Below, piece by piece: positions 7,898 to 17,060 of a DNA stretch of 35,048 nt (its first letter is position 1; each line of letters starts with the position of its first letter). The position numbers were made by a program, and so were the translations under genes. Source of the DNA: an uncultured Methanosarcinales archaeon (lineage in GTDB: Archaea > Nanobdellota > Nanobdellia > Woesearchaeales > GW2011-AR9); NCBI GenBank assembly GCA_964344235.1, contig CAYFMJ010000008.1:1-35048 (forward strand). Reading direction: 5' to 3'. The notes beneath the pieces are model-generated. The model did no database searches. It had not been told where the DNA came from and was given only the letters and a program-made list of their open reading frames with translations.

Positions 7898-9790
7898 TTA
7901 TTCAAAAAACAACTTCTTGACTCCATTTACCTTTCTCACACGACCAATGAGATTCTGTAAGTGTTCTAAGTCTCGTGGAATAACGTTGAATGAACACTGT
8001 GCATAGTTATTTCCAATTAATTTCGCTTTCGCCTCTTTCACCTCAAAACCAGTATTAGCAATAGTATGAAGTAAATCAGCAAGTAAACCACTTCGTTCAT
8101 CTGCTTCAACATAGAATTTTATTTTTTGGTTGAATGTATTACGCCACTGTACAGGGAGCCATCTATTTGATTCTTTCAGTGCTTGCCTACAGCCGTTCCA
8201 GTGTACAGAGATTATTTTTTTCTTTGTGAGAATACCGACAATCTCATCACCTGGAATTGCTAAACAACATTTTGCCAAGATACAACTTGCTTTAGGAAAT
8301 TCCTCTGAAAGAACAAGCGTTCCCTGTTCCTCCGTAACTTCTGGTTTAAATGACCGGAAATAAATGCCCGGCAGAGATTCATATTGTTTCAAAGACTTTC
8401 TAATTTTCTGACGAGATTTAGCAGAGGTAACAATCTTAATCCAACTTCGCCGCGGTCGTTGATTTTTGTTTGTAACCACTTCGACAACATCCCCCGAAAC
8501 CAGTTTATGTTTGATTGGAACGAACCTACCATTAACTCGTGCACCCACGGTTTGAGAACCAACTTCTTCATGCACCGAGAACGCAAAGTCTAGAACGGTT
8601 GAAGAGCGAGGGAGTTCTTTGACATCTCCCTTTGGTGTGTAACAATAGATTTTGTCACCAAAAAGATCTACTTTAAGAGTTTCAAGAAATTCTTTATTCT
8701 CAATGTTCTTCTGCATGTCAAGAACACCACGTAACCAGGCAATTTTTTTCTCAAACTTCTCTTCTGATTTACTGCCTTTGTATTTCCAATGCGCTGCTAA
8801 TCCCTCTTCTGCAAACTCGTCCATCTCAGGTGTTCTAATTTGTACTTCTGCTATCTTGCCATCAGGTAATTTAATACCAGTGTGTAGAGAACGGTAAAAG
8901 TTTGGTTTGGGATTGGCGATGTAATCTTTCAATCTACCTGAAAGGGGTTCGAAGTTTTCATGTAAGATTCCGAGGAGCGCGTAGCAATCTCTTTCTGTGG
9001 GAACGATAGCACGTAAGCCGATTAAATCATATTGCTGGGAGAAGCTGAGACCCTTCTTCTGCATTTTTTTGTAAATGCTGTAGATGTGTTTCGGTCTGCC
9101 TTTGAGTTTTGTTATTTGGATTTGATCATTAACAATGTCTTTGATTAATGAAAGAGCCCCTTCAACATTTCGCTCTCTTTTCTCTCTGGATTCTTCCAGA
9201 AAGTTCTGGATTTGTTGATGTTTTTTCGGATTGAGGTTCTGAAAAGCAACGTCTTCTAACTGTACTCGAATTCTTTCTAATCCTAAACGGTAGGCCAGAG
9301 GAGCATAGATGCTGAGAACTTCCTCCGAAAGTCGTTTCTGTTCTTCTGGTGGGAAGATGTGGACGCTCCGCATGTTGTCTAACTTGTTTGCAAGTTTAAC
9401 GAGCATAACTCTAATGTCACCCAAAGTGGTTAAGATGATTTTTCGGAGTGCTTCGGAGTCTAACTGCGGGTTTTTTGATTTAATTTCGTTAATTTTCCCA
9501 ACTTCACGGATGAAACTAAAGATGGTTTCACCGAAAAATTTTTTGATATGTTTTGCATGTTCAGTATTCTCAAGTGAATGTAGTATCCCTGCAATGACAA
9601 CCTCAGGTGCCGAATTGTTTTGGATTAGAATTTGGCCAACTCTGCAGTTGTGATCAAAGAACGTGTCTCCTACCAATCGTTTTTTTTCAGAAAGTGCTTG
9701 TTCCGCCAAGAGTACAGCTTGCTGAAATTGTTGAAGATCTTCCTCACTATACTGGTGCTCCTGCGCTAAAGTTTGGATCGCTGTCTGCAT
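7898..9790 (-). CDS. relA: Long RelA/SpoT homolog (degenerate HD, synthetase, TGS, ZFD, ACT)
   Basis: GRPKHIYSIYKKM, YDLIGLR, KDYIANPKPNFYRSLHT, EVQIRT, AAHWKYK. TGS motif TPKGD...DFAFSVH; C-terminal CCLAIPGD and SGLLADL. Confidence 0.95.
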   Translation of the reverse strand: MQTAIQTLAQEHQYSEEDLQQFQQAVLLAEQALSEKKRLVGDTFFDHNCRVGQILIQNNSAPEVVIAGILHSLENTEHAKHIKKFFGETIFSFIREVGKINEIKSKNPQLDSEALRKIILTTLGDIRVMLVKLANKLDNMRSVHIFPPEEQKRLSEEVLSIYAPLAYRLGLERIRVQLEDVAFQNLNPKKHQQIQNFLEESREKRERNVEGALSLIKDIVNDQIQITKLKGRPKHIYSIYKKMQKKGLSFSQQYDLIGLRAIVPTERDCYALLGILHENFEPLSGRLKDYIANPKPNFYRSLHTGIKLPDGKIAEVQIRTPEMDEFAEEGLAAHWKYKGSKSEEKFEKKIAWLRGVLDMQKNIENKEFLETLKVDLFGDKIYCYTPKGDVKELPRSSTVLDFAFSVHEEVGSQTVGARVNGRFVPIKHKLVSGDVVEVVTNKNQRPRRSWIKIVTSAKSRQKIRKSLKQYESLPGIYFRSFKPEVTEEQGTLVLSEEFPKASCILAKCCLAIPGDEIVGILTKKKIISVHWNGCRQALKESNRWLPVQWRNTFNQKIKFYVEADERSGLLADLLHTIANTGFEVKEAKAKLIGNNYAQCSFNVIPRDLEHLQNLIGRVRKVNGVKKLFFE

Positions 9791-9837
9791 TGAGGGTTAA
9801 AAGGGTTGATTATTAAAAAGGTTTAGGAAGGAAAAAT

Positions 9838-11067
9838 CTATTTCCCCAGAAACTCTTCTATTCTCAATAACTGGTTGTATTTCGCTGTGCGTTCCCCCCT
9901 ACACGGAGCACCTGCTTTGATCATACCACAACCTAACGCAACAGCAAGATCAGCAATAAAGGAATCCTCTGTCTCACCGCTTCTGTGAGAAACCATTACG
10001 TTCCATCCAGCATCCATCGCTAGTTTAGCAGCGTCTAACGCTTCCGTTACTGTGCCGATTTGGTTAACCTTAAGAAGAAGACAGTTACCTGCTTTGTTAC
10101 GGATTGCTTTCTCCACTCGTTGTGGATTACTAACGGTAAGATCGTCAGTAACGATTTGAATGTTTGTTTTTTGTTTCAGAGTGTTGAAAGACGTGAAGTC
10201 ATCTTGTTGAAATGGATCTTCGATTGAAATGATTGGAAAGCGTTTGGTGAGGGAGAGGTAATAGGAAGTTAATTGGTCTGCGGTCATTGTTTTACCACCA
10301 AGTTTGTATTTTTTGTTAGAGTAGAAATCAGACGCTGCTGCGTCGATGGCAATGTTACATTTGTTCTTATAGCCAGCCGTGTTGATTGCTTTCGTCAGGG
10401 CTTTGAGAGCGTCTGTTGTGTGTTTATATGGTGGAGCGAAGCCACCTTCATCAGCAACGTTGGTTCCATTTACCCATTCTTTGTGGAGTTGTTGTTTGAG
10501 TGTGTGGTATATTTCCGCTACTATCCTGATATTTTCTTTAAATGATTTTGATTGAGGAACAAGCATGAATTCTTGGATCGCTAAACTGTTATCAGCATGT
10601 TTGCCGCCGTTAATAACATTGCAGAACGGCGTAGGGAGTTTTGCTTTCTTAGAACATTGTGGGAAGAGGTTAAGATATTGAAAGAGAGGTTTACCTTCCG
10701 ACTTTGCCCCAGCTCTCGCACATGCAAGAGAGATAGCTAAGATAGCGTTGGCACCGAAGTTGCTTTTGTTCACAGTGCCGTCTTTCTCCACCATCAATGA
10801 ATCTATTTCTCTTTGTCTAGTACAATCCATACCGCGGAGTAGCGGGGCAATTTTTGTGTGAATGGTGGAGATTGCTTTCTGCACACCTAAACCATTGTAA
10901 CGAGATTTGAAGTCACGTAACTCTTGTGCCTCATGTTCTCCTTTAGAAGCACCACTGGGCACGGAAGCAGTTCCCTGGAAGTTCTCTGTGAAGACAGTTA
11001 CTTCAACCGTTGGGTTGCCTCGGCTGTCAAGAATTTCCCGCGCTCGAATGTCGTTGATGTATGGCAT
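9838..11067 (-). CDS. eno: Enolase
   Basis: ILDSRGNPTVEV, VPSGAS, DEGGFAP, SIEDPF, LLKVNQIG, VSHRSGETED. Confidence 0.98.
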   Translation of the reverse strand: MPYINDIRAREILDSRGNPTVEVTVFTENFQGTASVPSGASKGEHEAQELRDFKSRYNGLGVQKAISTIHTKIAPLLRGMDCTRQREIDSLMVEKDGTVNKSNFGANAILAISLACARAGAKSEGKPLFQYLNLFPQCSKKAKLPTPFCNVINGGKHADNSLAIQEFMLVPQSKSFKENIRIVAEIYHTLKQQLHKEWVNGTNVADEGGFAPPYKHTTDALKALTKAINTAGYKNKCNIAIDAAASDFYSNKKYKLGGKTMTADQLTSYYLSLTKRFPIISIEDPFQQDDFTSFNTLKQKTNIQIVTDDLTVSNPQRVEKAIRNKAGNCLLLKVNQIGTVTEALDAAKLAMDAGWNVMVSHRSGETEDSFIADLAVALGCGMIKAGAPCRGERTAKYNQLLRIEEFLGK

Positions 11068-11145
11068 GTAAAAAAAGAGGCGAGGGAAGCTTATATAGTT
11101 TTAGAACTACTGATGGATTAAAAATGAAAAAAGAAAAAGAAAAAT

Positions 11146-11568
11146 TTAGGCGAATAATGCCTTTACTGGTTTGTTGAAGCCAAGATACCAACCAATTAAT
11201 CCGTGAATGATTAACCAGAAGATACCACCAACATAGCTACCCTGGAATAAACTTGATAATGCAAAGAGCAAACCAAGTGCTGCGAAGATAAGTGCAACGA
11301 TTCTCGCCCAATTCTTCAAATTCCAGAGGCCACGGCCAACAAAGATATCTAAGACTCCCAGTAAGATGAACACAATTCCTACGACGACTGTAAGCGCTAA
11401 AAATCCTGAGCCTAACGCTGCGAAGAATGGAATTTGACTTACGATGGAACCAACGAAACCCGCTCCGAAGAGGAATAGGATTCCAAATAGAATAGCAAGC
11501 GCACCACCAATGTAATATAACACTGAGAGAAATTTAACTCCTCCTGGCGCTGTTTTTCCTTCTGCCAT
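11146..11568 (-). CDS. Hypothetical membrane protein (about 4 TM)
   Basis: Four Gly-rich hydrophobic helices and a strong SD GGAGGT upstream. Confidence 0.85.
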   Translation of the reverse strand: MAEGKTAPGGVKFLSVLYYIGGALAILFGILFLFGAGFVGSIVSQIPFFAALGSGFLALTVVVGIVFILLGVLDIFVGRGLWNLKNWARIVALIFAALGLLFALSSLFQGSYVGGIFWLIIHGLIGWYLGFNKPVKALFA

Positions 11569-11691
11569 GATTTATACCTCCATGAGTTTTTTTACTCAAA
11601 AGGGGAATTAAAGTATTTAAAGCTGTTGGTCTGGTAGAACTATAGTTCTGACTATAATAATCTATAAATACGTTTGTGGAGAAGAATTATT

Positions 11692-14094
11692 ATGCTGTTG
11701 AAAGAGGTGGTGTTACAGAATATTCGCTCATATAGACAGCAGAGGATTAATTTTTCTGAAGGTTCGACGTTATTGTCAGGAGATATTGGTTGTGGGAAGT
11801 CTTCTATCTTGTTAGCAGTTGAGTTTGCGTTATTTGGAACGTCAAGACCGGACCTTCCAGCAGAAGCGTTGTTGAAGAAAGGCGCTAACTCTGGGGCAGT
11901 AGAGCTGACGTTTAGTGTTAATGGAAAAGAAGTCATTGTGAAACGTAATTTGAAGAAAGAGAAGAGGGGCATTAAGCAAGTTGCAGGGTATATTATTGTC
12001 GATGGAGTGAAGAAAGAATTAATGCCAACGGAATTGAAAGCGGAGATTATTACATTGCTAGGATATCCGGGAGAGTTGATTACAAAATCAAAAAATTACA
12101 TTTATCGGTATACTGTCTATACGCCACAGGAAGAGATGAAGTTTATTTTGCAGGAGAATGCAGAGGTTCGGTTAGATGTTCTCCGGAAGATTTTCAATAT
12201 TGATAAGTACAAAAACATTCGAGAAAATGTGTGGTTATATTTACGAGGGATGAGAACGGAGATTACTGTATTGAAGACGAGGATAGAACCACTGGAGGAG
12301 CTACGGGATCAGTTGCAAGTATTTGAGAAAGAGAAGAGGGAGGTCATGAGTTTGTTGAGTGGGTTAGAACCACGGTTGCAGGAGTTGCAGAGAAACATTG
12401 CAGGGAGGAAAGAGGAGATCGCAGTTGTTGAGAAAGAAGAACGGGAACGGCAGCAGTTAGAACAACGAGGGAAGGAATTAGGATTATTGATTGAAGAGAA
12501 GCAGAAACAGATAGTGCAGTTACTGGAACAAGAGAAAAGTTTGCAGGAGCAGCTGCAGGGAGATGTTGGTGTCGGGGAGAAAGAGGTGTTGGAGAAAGAA
12601 GTTGCTGTGTTGGTTGAAGAAGAGAGATCATTATTGACGCAGCAAACGACATTGCAGGAGAAAGTTGCACAAATTCAAATGATGATTACGAAGAGAGGAA
12701 AAGAGGTTCGTTCGTTGGAGGATGCAGGAATTCTGTTACAGGAGAAGCAGACGTTAGTTGAGAAATTGCAGCAGAAGGTTGCGAGTAAGAAAGAGTTAGT
12801 TGAGAAACGACAACAGTTAGAGGAGTTATTTGGAAAGACGTCATCGTTAGTTGTGCAGAACGAGACTTTGTTAGGGAAGTCGAAAGAGTTGCGGGAACAG
12901 ATGAATGGTTTAGGGAGTTGTCCTACGTGTTTGCAGGAGGTTGATTTGGATCATAAGGAGAAGATTTGTGTTGAGGAAGAGAAGAAGATTACGCAGGCAG
13001 AGACGTTGTTATTTGAGTTGAAGAAGAAGCAAGCAGAGATTAGTGAGAAGCGGGAAAATATTGGAAAAGAAATTGAGGAAGTGTTGTTGCAGGAGAATGT
13101 TTTTGTGAGGACAAAAGTTGAATTAGAGAAGTTGCAGGAACAGAGTGATCTGTTGGAAGGGAAGAAAGAAGATATGAAGAAACTCGTGCAAGAAAATAAT
13201 AGTGTGATGGGACGATTGGCAGTGATGAAAGAACAGAATGTTGTGCAAGAAGTGCAGAGTAAAGTGCAGGAAAAGAGGAAATTGTTAGAGAGTATTATGC
13301 AGCGAGAGATGGTTCAACAGCAAATGCAGGAATTGCTGGGAATGAAAGTGGCTCGAGAGAAGGAAGTTGTTGGGTTGCGAGAGGAGTTGGTGGTGGTAGA
13401 GGGGTTATTCCGAGAGAAAGAGGATAAAACCGGGATGGTTGCTGAGAAGCGACGAGAAGTGGAGATGTTATTAGAACAAGAGAAAGCGTTGTCTGTCAAG
13501 AAAGCGGAAGTTATGACGAGGAAACAAAACCTTGAGCAGCGGGAAGCTGAGTTGCAGCGGAAGTTGAAAGAGTTGATGGCAGAGAAGAACAAGTTACTGC
13601 GGTTGCAAGAGTTACATCACTGGTTGGATGAATTTTTTATCAAGTTAACCTATACAATCGAGAAAAGAGTGATGATTCAAATTCATTATTTGTTTAACCA
13701 ATTATTTCAAGAATGGTTTAGTATTTTGATTGATGATGAGAATATGTATGCTAGAATCGATGATGCATTTAGTCCGGTGATTGAGCAAAATGGTTATGAG
13801 ATTGGATTTAGCAATTTAAGTGGTGGGGAAAGAACATCTGCATCTTTAGCATATAGATTGGCGTTGAATAGAGTGATTAATGATATTATCCATGAAGTGA
13901 AGACGAATGACATTTTGATTTTAGATGAGCCAACCGATGGGTTTAGTTCGGAACAGTTGGATAAAGTGCGGGATGTGTTGGAGAAGTTGCGGTTACAGCA
14001 GACGATTTTGGTAAGTCATGAAACGAAAATTGAATCGTTTGTGGAGAATGTGATTAGGGTTAGGAAGGATGAAGGGGAGAGCGTTGTTGTTTAA
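11692..14094 (+). CDS. rad50: Rad50/SbcC-type SMC-like ATPase
   Basis: Walker A GDIGCGKS, long coiled coils, zinc hook CPTC, signature LSGGE, Walker B ILILDEPT, H-loop VSHE. Confidence 0.92.
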   Translation: MLLKEVVLQNIRSYRQQRINFSEGSTLLSGDIGCGKSSILLAVEFALFGTSRPDLPAEALLKKGANSGAVELTFSVNGKEVIVKRNLKKEKRGIKQVAGYIIVDGVKKELMPTELKAEIITLLGYPGELITKSKNYIYRYTVYTPQEEMKFILQENAEVRLDVLRKIFNIDKYKNIRENVWLYLRGMRTEITVLKTRIEPLEELRDQLQVFEKEKREVMSLLSGLEPRLQELQRNIAGRKEEIAVVEKEERERQQLEQRGKELGLLIEEKQKQIVQLLEQEKSLQEQLQGDVGVGEKEVLEKEVAVLVEEERSLLTQQTTLQEKVAQIQMMITKRGKEVRSLEDAGILLQEKQTLVEKLQQKVASKKELVEKRQQLEELFGKTSSLVVQNETLLGKSKELREQMNGLGSCPTCLQEVDLDHKEKICVEEEKKITQAETLLFELKKKQAEISEKRENIGKEIEEVLLQENVFVRTKVELEKLQEQSDLLEGKKEDMKKLVQENNSVMGRLAVMKEQNVVQEVQSKVQEKRKLLESIMQREMVQQQMQELLGMKVAREKEVVGLREELVVVEGLFREKEDKTGMVAEKRREVEMLLEQEKALSVKKAEVMTRKQNLEQREAELQRKLKELMAEKNKLLRLQELHHWLDEFFIKLTYTIEKRVMIQIHYLFNQLFQEWFSILIDDENMYARIDDAFSPVIEQNGYEIGFSNLSGGERTSASLAYRLALNRVINDIIHEVKTNDILILDEPTDGFSSEQLDKVRDVLEKLRLQQTILVSHETKIESFVENVIRVRKDEGESVVV

Positions 14095-15626
14095 TATCCC
14101 TTAGGGCGAGGAGTTCGCCAGGTTAATGCATGTTCTGAGACATCACTCCGGTAGTTACGAGTTAGTTTAATGAGTCCGCTAAATTCTCGGTCTTGATAGT
14201 GGGCTATTGCGTGGGTTAATCCATTTATTTGGTGGGTGCAGCGAGGATTATCTAACTGCAAAGGGTCCCCTAAAACAATAACTTTACACCCAGGACCAAG
14301 ACGTTCAAGAATAGTCTTAAGTTCGTATGGTTCAAAATTCTGTGCTTCATCAACAATAACAATTGAATCACTGAGAGAATAGCCCCTCATAAAACCCGAA
14401 TGCATTAATCTTATGACCTCTCGATCGGGAGGGAGATGCGCTCCTCCTGGTTTTATGTTCTTATATCGTGGTTCACGCATCTCTAGCCCGCCTCTTTTAT
14501 GTTTTGGATCATAAAACATTTGTTCAAATGGCATAAAACCACTTAATGTTGATTCGTCATGAGCATGCTCGAAAGAGGCAAGAACTGGCCCTATTTTTTC
14601 CAATAAACCGCCTGGTAGGTAGCCGACCTCCCTATCCCTGCCACCCATTGTGTTATTTGGCTTAAGAACAATTATTTGATCGTATCTACTCCTTATTTTT
14701 TTGCTATCTTCATCAGTGATATCATAGCCTCTCCGGATACATTCCTCTTTATCATGAAGTAGAACTTGTTCTACGGCGGCAACATAACTCAGCAATGTTT
14801 TTCCAGATCCTTGTGAACCACAGAGGAAAAATATTGAAATATCTGGGTCTAGTAGCCCATACTGAAGTGCGAGATATTGTTCCATATCAAGTGGTTCAAC
14901 TCCGAGTATATCATCGAGTTTCGATTCACCAATACGAAGTTGGCGTCTGTATTCTGAGTGACCAAGTAACTTAACTGTTCCAATGCCCTCTCTTTCGGAA
15001 ACGACAACCCTTCCAAATTGATAACCACGTTTTCCAACAAAGCGAATAAATTGGTTTGGAAGAAGCTGATCATCAACTAGTGTTTGGGCGTGGGCAAGGT
15101 CTATTGCACCGCTGGCTTCATGAAGTGCAGCTTGTAGATCGGCACTTCCTGTAATAAGCCCATTGTTAACAATATCTTCATTAACCTGTAAGAACCGGGG
15201 CGATTCTACAGTAAGACCTAAATCTGCTAATTCTAACCCCTGATAACTATCGGTCGTAATAAAAGTTGGTGAACTACCATCATCACCAATAGCGTTCTGA
15301 ACTAATTCTACTAAACCAGAGTGGTCGAGATCAGCTGCACCATTAACAGAGCGAAGGCGAAGAACATCTAATCCTGCTGAGACACGGTCTAAAGATGTTT
15401 TGTCATCGGGGTCCCTAACACGCTCAGCACCCCCCAATAACTTTAGAATTTCACGGCCACTTTGCCCATACTCGTGTGACTTGCTTAAACTACGGAGAAC
15501 TTTCATTGGGAGAACAACAAGATTTCGGCCGCCAGAGTCGTCAGCAAAGCGTCGGAGAGCATCGCTACCACTCATTTCATAAACATCTTGTAAAGGTATG
15601 TAGACATGCGCATATTGAGTTGACAT
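14091..15626 (-). CDS. PhoH-family ATPase with N-terminal degenerate PIN-like domain (PhoH2-like)
   Basis: GSQGSGKT, VGYLPG, MRGYS, IVDEAQN and LGDPLQLD. N-terminus follows the PIN-like pattern LVVLPMKVLRSL...FITTD. Confidence 0.9.
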   Translation of the reverse strand: MSTQYAHVYIPLQDVYEMSGSDALRRFADDSGGRNLVVLPMKVLRSLSKSHEYGQSGREILKLLGGAERVRDPDDKTSLDRVSAGLDVLRLRSVNGAADLDHSGLVELVQNAIGDDGSSPTFITTDSYQGLELADLGLTVESPRFLQVNEDIVNNGLITGSADLQAALHEASGAIDLAHAQTLVDDQLLPNQFIRFVGKRGYQFGRVVVSEREGIGTVKLLGHSEYRRQLRIGESKLDDILGVEPLDMEQYLALQYGLLDPDISIFFLCGSQGSGKTLLSYVAAVEQVLLHDKEECIRRGYDITDEDSKKIRSRYDQIIVLKPNNTMGGRDREVGYLPGGLLEKIGPVLASFEHAHDESTLSGFMPFEQMFYDPKHKRGGLEMREPRYKNIKPGGAHLPPDREVIRLMHSGFMRGYSLSDSIVIVDEAQNFEPYELKTILERLGPGCKVIVLGDPLQLDNPRCTHQINGLTHAIAHYQDREFSGLIKLTRNYRSDVSEHALTWRTPRPKGY

Positions 15627-15627
15627 T

Positions 15628-16149
15628 TTAACGATTTGGCCTTAAGTACTGATCCATTAACCTCCAATCATCCTCAATACTTGCTCTACCCCCAGAAATC
15701 TGTCCTCTTTCCAAAACAGCTTCTACTAAGGCTAAACTATCTCGGCGAATTCTGTCCTCATAGGACTTTGGTTGTCGCGATAATCGGTCCAGCCAAGGGC
15801 GTAGTAAAGATCGAGCTTTAATTTCTGGTTCTTTAGACTCAAATAACTCTCTCAAGCGTGGGTCAACCCCACTTTTTAGCTCACAAAGATAATCAAAGGC
15901 AGTGGTAGGAGAGCCACGATAGCCAACAGCACTAACTGCTGCTTCCAAGCCAACATAGATGTTTTTTACTTCAGTAACCTGTAGTTCGTCAGGCCTTTGG
16001 TCTCTGCTAGGACTCTCTTCTATACCTCGCAAAAGAGCATTGAGAATTACATAACCAACAACATTTGCTCCCTCATCACCATCAGGCACACCAGAACGAA
16101 GTCTCCGAAAAAGAGTATATAATTGGGTTTCGGTTTTAGGCTTTGCCAC
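15628..16149 (-). CDS. Hypothetical protein, coupled to the PhoH-family gene
   Basis: 173-aa ORF (GTG start) whose stop lies 1 nt before the PhoH ATG. Confidence 0.75.
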   Translation of the reverse strand: MAKPKTETQLYTLFRRLRSGVPDGDEGANVVGYVILNALLRGIEESPSRDQRPDELQVTEVKNIYVGLEAAVSAVGYRGSPTTAFDYLCELKSGVDPRLRELFESKEPEIKARSLLRPWLDRLSRQPKSYEDRIRRDSLALVEAVLERGQISGGRASIEDDWRLMDQYLRPNR

Positions 16150-16205
16150 GAGGATTCTCAGACTATTTTCAATATATAACTATTTCTATGGTAGAATGGT
16201 TACAA

Positions 16206-17030
16206 TCACTTCACAACTGCTTTCAAACTAGCAATCCCAACTTCTAATTGTTCGTCAGTTGGTTCTTTCGTTGTAACACGCTGCAGCCACAACCCTGGTG
16301 CAATAAGAATTTTAACAATGGGGTTCTTTTCAAATTTACTGCTGAGTTTAATTAATTCATAACTAATACCTGCAATTACTGGCAGTAACACAATTCTACC
16401 CAGAAGTTTCACCCACAGCGGGCCCTGAATTAATGTGAAGACAACGATGGAAAGGATCAGGACAATGAATAAAAACGACGTACCACAGCGTGGATGGAAG
16501 CGTGTGAATTTTCGCACATTAGGCACGGTTAGTTTTTTTCCAGATTCATAACAATAAATTGTTTTATGTTCCGCTCCGTGATATTGGAAGAGTGTTTTAA
16601 CATCTTTCATGAAGGAGATAAGTAAGAGGTAGCCGATGAAGAGGATAACACGGAATAAACCGTCGAGTATATCAAACAAAACACCCTCTGACTGGATGAA
16701 ACGGGCTGAGAAAAATGGAATAATAATGAAGATGAGAATAGAAAATAGGAACGAAAGGCCAATGGTGAGGATGATTTCTTTCTTTGTTAATTTCTCTTCT
16801 TTGCCTAAATTTTGATTACTGCTCCAGATTAAAGCTCTGATACCATCGTAAATGGTGTAGAATAAACCAATAATGCCTCGAATGAAGACAATGTTAAAGA
16901 TTTTAGGAAATGTTGAACTTTTTTCTTTCTTAATTTTGATTTTTCCGTTCGGGAGACGCACAGCTACAGCGAATTTTTCTTTATTGCGCATCATCACGCC
17001 TTCAACGACTGCTTGACCCCCGACTTCCAT
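16206..17030 (-). CDS. DUF1385 domain membrane protein
   Basis: GGQAVVEGVMMR, FQYHGAEHK, HPRCGTSF, PGLWLQRVTTKEP. Confidence 0.93.
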   Translation of the reverse strand: MEVGGQAVVEGVMMRNKEKFAVAVRLPNGKIKIKKEKSSTFPKIFNIVFIRGIIGLFYTIYDGIRALIWSSNQNLGKEEKLTKKEIILTIGLSFLFSILIFIIIPFFSARFIQSEGVLFDILDGLFRVILFIGYLLLISFMKDVKTLFQYHGAEHKTIYCYESGKKLTVPNVRKFTRFHPRCGTSFLFIVLILSIVVFTLIQGPLWVKLLGRIVLLPVIAGISYELIKLSSKFEKNPIVKILIAPGLWLQRVTTKEPTDEQLEVGIASLKAVVK

Positions 17031-17060
17031 GTTGTAAGAATAATTGGTTATATTAAAAAC

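Noticed and set aside
12344-13592. Antisense ORFs and apparent repetitiveness inside rad50
   Set aside because: Both are explained by E/K/Q/L-rich coiled-coil coding. There are no exact nucleotide repeats or spacers.
11692-14094. Rad50 without adjacent mre11/herA/nurA as a novel defence SMC system
   Set aside because: It has canonical Rad50 motifs with a zinc hook and no Wadjet- or Lamassu-type partners. Its partners may simply lie elsewhere.
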